From Microcystis aeruginosa NIES-2549 (GTDB lineage: Bacteria; Cyanobacteriota; Cyanobacteriia; Cyanobacteriales; Microcystaceae): a stretch of DNA of 32,000 nucleotides. Below, piece after piece: positions 1-7,900 of this stretch. Each line of letters opens with the position of its first letter. The first letter of the stretch is position 1. The notes beneath the pieces were generated by a model. It was not told the DNA's origin and did not search any database. It saw only the letters and a list, made by a program, of their open reading frames with translations. A program made the position numbers and the translations under genes. The DNA lies in contig NZ_CP011304.1 in the NCBI RefSeq assembly GCF_000981785.2, forward strand, positions 1,260,001 through 1,292,000, written 5' to 3'.

Positions 1-565
1 GATAAGGGCGGGGTGTGGGTAAATTGACGGGTTGATAGTTGATGAGTCCAGCGTAAAAATCGAAAACTTCTTTCAACAGAATTGCTGTTGCCCAACCATC
101 TAATAAAATATGATGTCCAGTATGGATAAATTCATATTTTTGATCTTCGACTTGAATTAAATGACCTCGAAGTAAGGGGACTTTATCTAATTCAAAATAT
201 TGCTCTTTATCAGAGGTTAATAATTCCTGAAATTTAGTTTCTTGTTCGGCGGGAGAATGCGCTCGCCAATCCTGATTAAACCAAGGTAAGGTGACATTTT
301 TTCTAACCACTTGTAAAGGCTGTTTGGTTTTTTTCCAAGCAAAACAAGTCCGTAAAATACTATGTCTATCTACTACTTTTTGCCAAGCTTGTTGGAACGC
401 ATTAATATCTAAATTGCCTTGCAAGGTGATTTGAATTTGTGATAAATACGTCTTTGATTCTGGATTATATAAAGAATGAAACAGCATCCCCTGCTGCATG
501 GGAGAAAGGGGATAAATGGATTCAATATCTTTTTTACTAACCCTAGATTGTTGAGGTGTTACCAT
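1..565 (-). CDS. aerG: NRPS, 5' end only (N-terminal condensation domain; continues beyond window start)
   Basis: Hand translation from the ATG at 565-563 gives MVTPQQSRVSKKDIESIYPLSPMQQGMLFH... and reaches the C-domain motif HHILLDGW at about 92-115. The frame stays open to position 1. It is absent from the ORF track because it is truncated. The symbol is assigned by position after the sulfotransferase in a Microcystis-type aer cluster (from memory; sometimes split aerG1/aerG2). Confidence 0.8.
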   Translation of the reverse strand, partial: MVTPQQSRVSKKDIESIYPLSPMQQGMLFHSLYNPESKTYLSQIQITLQGNLDINAFQQAWQKVVDRHSILRTCFAWKKTKQPLQVVRKNVTLPWFNQDWRAHSPAEQETKFQELLTSDKEQYFELDKVPLLRGHLIQVEDQKYEFIHTGHHILLDGWATAILLKEVFDFYAGLINYQPVNLPTPRPY

Positions 566-601
566 TATTTTTCCCAATAGATTAAATAAAAATATGCGTG
601 A

Positions 602-631
602 GTTTCTTGAATCAAATTTTATTCAAGAAAC
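602..631 (-). terminator. Perfect 11-bp-stem hairpin between the sulfotransferase and the next NRPS gene (possible attenuator or partial terminator)
   Basis: gtttcttgaat (602-612) and attcaagaaac (621-631) are exact reverse complements around an 8-nt loop. On the minus strand a T-rich stretch (atatttttattt) follows a few nt later. Confidence 0.3.
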
Positions 632-656
632 CTGATAAAATTAGAACGAATTACCT

Positions 657-1601
657 TTAACGTTGACTAGACCACTTGAGTTTAAATTTGTTAATTTCTT
701 CATCGGTGTAAAAATGACGCACTAATGGTTGATCATAAATCTCTTCTAAATATTCATCACTAAAGGTCAGACTCTTTCTTAAATTATCATAGATGAGATA
801 GTCATCCGCTTCTAAAAAGTCTGCTCGGTCAAGTCGTTCACAATCTAAATTTTCAACACCTAAAAAAGTTTCTAGGGCTTCTTTTAAGCAAGAATCAAGT
901 TTTTCTAATTTTAAGACTAATAAGTCAATATTTCTGTCCGGGAAATTCGCAATCGCATAACCTTTTTCTTTCGGAAAATCAATGGAAGCGATATCAATGC
1001 CGAAAACTGGTTGCAATTCTTCTTCAAACCAGTCAAACTGCTTTCCATAAACAAATTTTTGAGACCAAAATTTTTTAATAATTTCATCCATTGTGATTAA
1101 TCCTTCTTGATATTTTATGAAAAATTCAGGAAAAACAGATTGACAATGAATGACTTGAAAAAACCAAGAAATATTACGGGCGATGGGTTCTCGGACTCCA
1201 GTAATAATTTTAATATTTTTTTGATTTTTAATTTCCTCAATGTGTTCGCTTAAATATTTGGTCATACAGGAATGCCCAAAGGTAAAAGCATGATAATGTT
1301 TCTCCAGTTGCATTGTTTTCCAAATTTTTGAGAAATGTTCTGAATTCAGATTATGAATATGATAAATAGCTTGATTTTGCAGATGTTTTTTTAGGGTCAA
1401 ATAGGTACTCATTGAACCGACTTTCCCCATTTGATAAACAAATATGACTGAAGAATTATTGAGAAGTTCTTGTTTTAATTTTCTTTCTGTATTCCACATA
1501 TTAATCCTATTATTCATATAGGAATACACGGGAAAAAACTGTTTATCTGCGATGGGATAATAGTTAAGAGCTTGGTTTGAGAGTTTAGTTTGTGTGTTCA
1601 T
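657..1601 (-). CDS. aerL: PAPS-dependent sulfotransferase (tailoring enzyme)
   Basis: The track ORF 657..1661 starts at a non-ATG codon and overlaps the upstream gene. The first ATG is at 1601 (MNTQTKLSNQ...), 31 nt after the SDR stop. A 5'-PSB-like motif (GKVGSMST) and a 3'-PB-like motif (VREPIARNIS) are present. Confidence 0.7.
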   Translation of the reverse strand: MNTQTKLSNQALNYYPIADKQFFPVYSYMNNRINMWNTERKLKQELLNNSSVIFVYQMGKVGSMSTYLTLKKHLQNQAIYHIHNLNSEHFSKIWKTMQLEKHYHAFTFGHSCMTKYLSEHIEEIKNQKNIKIITGVREPIARNISWFFQVIHCQSVFPEFFIKYQEGLITMDEIIKKFWSQKFVYGKQFDWFEEELQPVFGIDIASIDFPKEKGYAIANFPDRNIDLLVLKLEKLDSCLKEALETFLGVENLDCERLDRADFLEADDYLIYDNLRKSLTFSDEYLEEIYDQPLVRHFYTDEEINKFKLKWSSQR

Positions 1602-1632
1602 GATGCTTGTTGATGATGTTGGAGGGTTGAAT

Positions 1633-2433
1633 TTAAAATGCTGACGAGGATAAACCACCATCGATGGGAATAGTAATTCCCGTTATATAACTCGCACATT
1701 CTGAAGCTAAAAATACAACGAGATTAGCAAATTCTTCAGTCGTACCAATTCGATTCATGGGAATTGTTTTTAGAATTCCTTCTCGGATTAAATCTGGGGT
1801 TGTTCCTTGCTTTTTGGCATAAATTTCTAAATATTCTCGATGTCTAGGGGTATCAATAACGCCGGGGTTAACACTATTAATTAAAACATTATAGGGGGCG
1901 GTTTGTCTAGCTACTGATTTGGTAAAATTCATTAAAGCTGCATTGACAACACCCGATTTAACTAAACGAGGAGATGGCTCTTTTCCCGATGTCCCAATGA
2001 TATTAACAATTCTTCCCCAATGTTGTTTTTTCATAATCGGTAACACTAAATTGGTTAAGCGAATATAACCCATTAATTTTCCTTGAAAAACGTTTAACCA
2101 ATCTTCATCGGAAAGGTTTTCAATTAAATTATCAGCAAAGTTAGCTCCTTCAGAATTATTTACTAAAATGTCAATTTTGCCATATTGATTTAAAGAGTCC
2201 TGTATTAATTGTTCAGAATCTTGAGCTTGATGGACATCAGCCACTAAACGCAGAATTTCTTGGACAGGATAAGCTTGAGCCAGAGATTGATAAGCTTGTT
2301 CTAAGCGTTGGGAATTGCGACCACAAATAATTAAGTGACAGCCTTCTTCTGCTAATTTTTCAGCAATGGTAAACCCAATTCCCGCACTACTTCCCGTAAT
2401 CAAAGCCACTTTATCTTTTAATCCTAAATCCAT
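1633..2433 (-). CDS. aerF: Short-chain dehydrogenase/reductase of the Choi pathway (atypical active site)
   Basis: Rossmann motif TGSSAGIGFTIA, NNSEG and a C-terminal IPIDGG are present, with FabG-like length (266 aa). The canonical YxxxK is replaced (see finding). Confidence 0.9.
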   Translation of the reverse strand: MDLGLKDKVALITGSSAGIGFTIAEKLAEEGCHLIICGRNSQRLEQAYQSLAQAYPVQEILRLVADVHQAQDSEQLIQDSLNQYGKIDILVNNSEGANFADNLIENLSDEDWLNVFQGKLMGYIRLTNLVLPIMKKQHWGRIVNIIGTSGKEPSPRLVKSGVVNAALMNFTKSVARQTAPYNVLINSVNPGVIDTPRHREYLEIYAKKQGTTPDLIREGILKTIPMNRIGTTEEFANLVVFLASECASYITGITIPIDGGLSSSAF

Positions 2434-2481
2434 AAACTTTGTCCTAGCATTTTGAGGTTAAACTTAAAATCATAAAACGAA

Positions 2482-3108
2482 CTAAATTAAAATTTTAATC
2501 AAATTAATATCTTGGTTCGATGAATTATATCCCTTTTTTAAAACTTTTGAAGGAGCATAATAAATTTGACCATATTCTAAAAACTGTTCTTCATTTTCTA
2601 TGGAGATTTCTAATTTTTCATTCAAAATCAATCCGATTTCTTCTTGCTCAACTTGATGTGGGGGAATGGAATAACCAGAAGGGATTTTCATCATCACGAT
2701 TTCAAACCAAGAACCCTTAACAGATTGACAAGGTAAATGAGTGATTTTATCTTGGTTGTTTGATAGTGTTAATAAAACATCTTCTGAAGGTAAAGCAGAG
2801 GTAATCCGTTTAAGATCAAATCCAATCATCGGTTCTGATAAAGGATTAAAAGCACCATGAGGAATATTGCCATCAGCTATATAAACATCTTGCAAAGGTC
2901 TTAAGGGTTTAATCAAATCTTTAATATACAGTTCTAGTTCTCCTGAGAATACCATGCCAATTTGACTTTCAGGATGTTGGTGGGATTCAAGTTTAGCATT
3001 AGGAGCTATAACGTATAATTGAAAAATGGTATCTTGGCATTGAAAAACCTCTAATTCTACATGATGATTGAGTTTAAGAGGATCGGGAATTGGGAAAAAT
3101 TCAGACAT
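2482..3108 (-). CDS. aerE: Bicupin protein, BacB-like (Choi pathway isomerase)
   Basis: Two cupin-like motifs are present (ESHQHPESQIGMVFSGELEL and SIPPHQVEQEEIGLILNEKLE). The track start at 3129 is TTG; the likely ATG is at 3108 (MSEFFPIPDP). Confidence 0.8.
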   Translation of the reverse strand: MSEFFPIPDPLKLNHHVELEVFQCQDTIFQLYVIAPNAKLESHQHPESQIGMVFSGELELYIKDLIKPLRPLQDVYIADGNIPHGAFNPLSEPMIGFDLKRITSALPSEDVLLTLSNNQDKITHLPCQSVKGSWFEIVMMKIPSGYSIPPHQVEQEEIGLILNEKLEISIENEEQFLEYGQIYYAPSKVLKKGYNSSNQDINLIKILI

Positions 3109-3204
3109 GATTTTAGGGTACAGGTTCAAAATGAAATTGAGATTTAAACTCTCAATTATTTTTATGTGATGAAGGCAACTATTTTGAGCGGATAGGGAGC
3201 TTTT

Positions 3205-3837
3205 TTAGGTATGCACAGGTAAATAAATACTTTGAATCATGGTGTTTTCTTTTTTCTGAAATAAAGACCAACTCATCTCAATTTTACCATATTGTGAAAT
3301 AAATTCTAAATCATATTCTCGGAGGGCATTTTCATTGGTAATTGCTAAATCTGCCAACCCTTGTTTAACTTGAATAGCCGCAACACTGGTAGAATTGACA
3401 AATTTGATTTTAATCTTGTTTTGATTCAGTTCGCCTGGTAATAAATAAGGAAGTAAAGGAAGAGGAGCGGGATGAGTGACCAGGGTACAATTTTCTAAAA
3501 GGATTTCTTCATTTTTTCGCTTGGCTAATCCGTAAACGGGTGTGGGATAGGTGAAGATAAAACCTAGTTTAAAACTCGGTTCCATATAGAAATCATTAAT
3601 TCTTTCATAGGCATGGGGGACTAACGCCAAATCTATCTGATTTTGGAGTAAAGATTCTTTTAAATCTGTAAAGCTATCAAATAAATGACTATTAACCGAA
3701 ATATGTTGTAATTTCCATTGAGAAATTAGATAATTTAAGGTTTGTTCGCTGCTGGTTTCTTTGGGACCCAAAGTGCCAACGCTTAAGGTTTTGACATCAA
3801 GCTGGGGATAACACAATTCCATTGAAAACTTTAACAT
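3205..3837 (-). CDS. aerD: Prephenate dehydratase-fold protein without an ACT domain = non-aromatizing prephenate decarboxylase (BacA-like)
   Basis: The N-terminal [12 protein letters not shown] resembles the PDT motif LGPxGT(F)S, and the protein is only 210 aa. Its ATG (3837-3835) overlaps the upstream stop (3833-3831) in the string ATGTTAA. Confidence 0.85.
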   Translation of the reverse strand: MLKFSMELCYPQLDVKTLSVGTLGPKETSSEQTLNYLISQWKLQHISVNSHLFDSFTDLKESLLQNQIDLALVPHAYERINDFYMEPSFKLGFIFTYPTPVYGLAKRKNEEILLENCTLVTHPAPLPLLPYLLPGELNQNKIKIKFVNSTSVAAIQVKQGLADLAITNENALREYDLEFISQYGKIEMSWSLFQKKENTMIQSIYLPVHT

Positions 3838-4874
3838 GGTTTTAAGGCTCCTGAATTTTTAAGGGCGGATAAATTAGGATTTCCGGTGCAAAATAAAACA
3901 ATTTCAAGTTCAGCAATTAAAAATTTTACCAACTCATCAACGGCGGCTTCTGATTCAATCGCTGCTACGAGAAACGGTCGAGCCAACCCTCCTAAATCGG
4001 CTCCTAAAGCGATGGATTTGGCAAGGTCTAAGCCATTTTTTAAGCCCCCAGAAGCAATTAAAGGAATGGTTGAATTCATGGACCGAATGGCGGTAATACA
4101 TTCAGCCGTAGGTAAACCCCAATCGGCAAAAACTTGTCCGAGATGCCTTTGTCTGTTGTCTTTGGCTCTTTGGCTTTCGACTTTGGCCCAGGACGTGCCT
4201 CCGGCCCCCGCCACATCAATTGCGGCAACTCCGGCTTCAATTAATTTTTTGGCCATCGGCGCAGAGATGCCATTTCCGACTTCCTTGGCGATGACGGGGA
4301 CGGGCAATTGAGCGCAAATTTGCTCGATTTTAGCGAGTAACCCTTTAAAATTAGAATCGCCTCCCGATTGCACCCATTCTTGTAAAGGATTGAGATGCAA
4401 AATTAAGGCATCAGCTTCTAATAATTCCACCAGTTTTAAACAGTCTTCTAAACCGCAGCCGTAATTTAACTGTACAGCCCCTAAATTCGCTAACAGGAGA
4501 ATATCTGGCGCCAGAGAACGGACTGCAAAGGTCGGCGCTAATTCCGGTTGTTCGAGTGCAATGCGTTGAGAACCCACCCCCATCGCTAAACCATAACGTT
4601 GAGCGACCGTTGCCAATCGAGTATTGACTAAATGGGCTAATTCCGTTCCTCCGGTCATGGAAGAGATGAGAATTGGAGCTTTTAGAGATTTCCCCAAAAA
4701 GGTTGTCCCCAGTTCAATATCGCTACGGTCAAGTTCAGGAAGACAACAATGGGTAAAGCGATATTTTTCTAAACCGTTTGTAAGTTGTTGAAACTCTACA
4801 TCTTCTTCGATACAAACTCGCAGATGTTCGCTTTTACGATTTTCAATTTCACTGGGAAGATTAGGCTGTGACAT
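3831..4874 (-). CDS. Type-2 isopentenyl-diphosphate isomerase-fold FMN enzyme embedded in the cluster
   Basis: IDI-2 hallmarks are present: RKSEHL near the N-terminus, [37 protein letters not shown] and [10 protein letters not shown]. The track start at 4886 is TTG; the ATG is at 4874 ([10 protein letters not shown]). It may be the gene named aerK in published Microcystis aer clusters (uncertain memory, so the symbol is left blank). Confidence 0.85.
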   Translation of the reverse strand: MSQPNLPSEIENRKSEHLRVCIEEDVEFQQLTNGLEKYRFTHCCLPELDRSDIELGTTFLGKSLKAPILISSMTGGTELAHLVNTRLATVAQRYGLAMGVGSQRIALEQPELAPTFAVRSLAPDILLLANLGAVQLNYGCGLEDCLKLVELLEADALILHLNPLQEWVQSGGDSNFKGLLAKIEQICAQLPVPVIAKEVGNGISAPMAKKLIEAGVAAIDVAGAGGTSWAKVESQRAKDNRQRHLGQVFADWGLPTAECITAIRSMNSTIPLIASGGLKNGLDLAKSIALGADLGGLARPFLVAAIESEAAVDELVKFLIAELEIVLFCTGNPNLSALKNSGALKPC

Positions 4875-4913
4875 AGTTGTTATCAAGCATAAGGGTTAAA
4901 CATTAAGTTGAGG

Positions 4914-7900
4914 TTAAAAATCGAGTTCTGAAAGCAGTTCATCTAGTTCTACCTGATTAAGATCCGCATCGGGAAAATCCGATGGAGTATAGCCTCCTTC
5001 TACCGATAAACAATGGTTAATCAGGCTTTCTAAAGAATCTCGATAGGCAGCAGCTAAATTTTTGATCGTTGTTTGATGATGAAAATTCTCACTATATTGC
5101 CATTCTATATCAAGTTGCCCATCAACCACAATTCCATGAATCGCAATTAAATGGGAACGTTGTCCCAAAGGACTATGAATGGAACCACTGGATGCTTGAG
5201 ATAATTTCCAGCCTATCTCGCCGATTTGATGGCTGGTAAATTGACCTAAATAATTAAAGCTAATTTGAGCTTTTGGATAGTTTTTTAACGGGGATTGAAT
5301 TGTTAAATCTGAGTTGAGATAATATCCAATTCCATAATCAAATCCTCGATTCGGAATTTGTCGTAATTGCTCTTTAATAGACTTGAGACACTCACCCGGA
5401 TGGTGAAGATTTTCTAAGGTCAAAAAGACGGGGAAAATACTGGTAAACCAACCCACAGTTCTAGATAAATTCACGGATTCAATTACATTCTCTCTTCCAT
5501 GACCCTCCATGTCAAGCAAAAGTCCATAATTTCCTGTCCAATGGCCAAAAGCTTGGACTAAAGCGGTCAATAAAATATCATTAATTTGGGTGTTATAAAC
5601 TTGCGGAACCTCCTGTAAGAGTAAGCGGGTTTGTTCTTCGTTTAAGGTGAAAGAAACCGTTTTGGCATGGGCAACAATGTTAGATTGGGCATCCCCCTGA
5701 GCATCCACAGGAAGAGGAGAAATTGAGGGAAAATCACGGTTTAGCCAATACTTGAATTGAGCGTAAAACTCTGGGGTTTTACCATAGTTTTGCAGTTCCT
5801 CAGCCCAAGTTTTAAAAGAACTGGTTTTAGGAGGAAGTTGCAGAGGCTTTTGGGTTTCTAATTGGTGGTAAATCGTAACGAAATCTTCGAGGATAATCCG
5901 CCAAGAAATTCCATCTACTGCTAAATGATGAATCACAATTAACATTTTTCCACTCTCACCCAAGGCGAAGAAAACCACCGCCATTAAGGGTCCTTCCTCT
6001 AAGTTGAGTACCCGTTGTTGAACCTCAGAAATTTCTGCCATCTTGGTCAATTGTTCATGGTAAGATAGATGGGATAAATCCACCTTTTCAAAAGCAAAAT
6101 TATTGCAATCATCGCTGTGATTTTGTTGCCATTGTTCTCCTTGTTGCACAAACCGTAACCGCAAAGCGTCATGGTGATAGAGTATTTTAGAAATAGTTTG
6201 TTTTAATAAATCTGGTTGTAGATTATTGGGAACCTCTAACAAGATAGATTGATTAAAGTGATGACGTTCGGGCCAGTTTTGTTCAAAAAACCATTTTTGA
6301 ATCGGAGTTAACGGGACTTCACCTGTAACTAATCCCTGGTCAATTTCAGTGATAGTAGTTGTTTCCGCTACGGTGGCTAATTGAGCGATAGTTTGATGAC
6401 TAAATAATTGTTTAGGAGTAATTTGTAATCCCGCTTGATTAGCTTGAGCAATGATTTGAATGGCTAAGATAGAATCTCCTCCCAATTCAAAAAAGTTATC
6501 GTTAATACTAATAGTTTTAAGTCCTAAAACCCTTTGCCAAATTGCAGCGAGAATGCGTTCTGTTCCTGTACCTGGACTGAGATTGATGGCAGCTTCATCC
6601 TCTAATTCTAGTGCAGGTTTGGGGAGCGCACGACGATCAATTTTACCATTAGGAGTTAGGGGAAAAGCGTCTAACAAAACGAAGAAAGCAGGAACCATAT
6701 ATTGAGGTAACTTTTCTTGCAAAAATAGACGCAATTGAGAAACAGTTAAGTTTTGAGAGCCAATTACATAAGCACATAAACGTTTAACGCCGGGTTGATC
6801 TTCTCTAGCAATAATAATCGCTTCTTTAACTTGGGGATGTTGATTGAGAATGGTTTCAATTTCCCCTAATTCAATTCTAAAACCTCTAATCTTAACTTGA
6901 TCATCAATACGTCCAATAAATTCAATTTGTCCGTCGTTTCCATAACGAACTAAATCACCAGTTTTATAAAGGCGATCACTGAGTTTTTGACTAAGAGGAT
7001 TAGCAATAAATTTAGAATCGGTTAACTCTGGACGGTTGAGATATCCTTTAGCTAATCCTGAACCACCAATGTATAATTCTCCTGGAATTCCAATCGGTAC
7101 AGGTTGTTGATATTGATCTAAAATATAGACCTGAGTATTGCTAATGGGGCGACCAATAGGCGGTGCTTTTTCGGTTAATAAATCTGGGGTTATTTTAACA
7201 GATGTTGTAACAACAGTATTTTCAGTTGGACCATAGTTGTTGACTAATGTAAAGGGAATGGAGGTAGGGGGAAAATCATTGAGTTTATCTCCTCCAGTTA
7301 ACATTAATCTTAATGGACAATTGGGAGACCAATCTAGGGGAATTAGGGTTTCTGCAAGAGGAGTGGGTAAGAAAGAAACGGTGATTTTTTGGGCAATTAA
7401 CCACTCTTGCAGTTGGTTCGGTGATGTTAGCAAATCTTGGGGAACAATCGCCAAACACGCCCCAGCTGTTAAATGAGGCCAAATTTCCCAAACTGAAGCA
7501 TCAAAGGCAATTCCAGCTAATTGAGTGACTCGATCAATTGTTGTAATATTAAAAGCGTTTTGATGCCAAGAAACTAGGTTTAATAAACTTTGATGTTGAA
7601 TTAAAACTCCCTTTGGTTTTCCAGTAGAACCAGAGGTATAAATGACATAAGCTAAATTCTCAGATGTCATCGGATGGAGGGGATTATCTTGCGGATGATG
7701 ATCAAGAATTTTCCCATCCTGATCTAAACAAAATATTGTTCCTAAATAGTTGGGTAAAGTGTGAACTAAGTTTTCCTGAGTTAATAACACCGATACGGCA
7801 GAATCTTCTAACATATAAGCTAGACGTTCTGATGGATAGTTCGGATCTAAAGGAATATAAGCTGCACCCGCTTTAAGAATGCCTAAAAGTCCGATGATCA

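Noticed and set aside
1602-1661. N-terminal extensions in the ORF track. Examples are 657..1661 overlapping the SDR gene, 3129, 4886, 9689, 16236, 27665, 27937, 28970, 29376 and 31890.
   Set aside because: These extended starts are mostly TTG/GTG codons (27937 and 31890 not hand-checked) taken as Met by the ORF caller. In each case an in-frame ATG with better spacing or a Shine-Dalgarno-like sequence, or homology to the family N-terminus, lies downstream.
3886-4311. 141-aa plus-strand ORF, together with similar ORFs at 2520-2720, 6460-6705, 7237-7476, 7285-7491, 7664-7876, 8048-8242, 10943-11155 and 12559-12768.
   Set aside because: All lie antisense to, or out of frame within, genes carrying unmistakable domain motifs. 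Their sequences are low-complexity with no recognisable motifs, as expected by chance in long genes.
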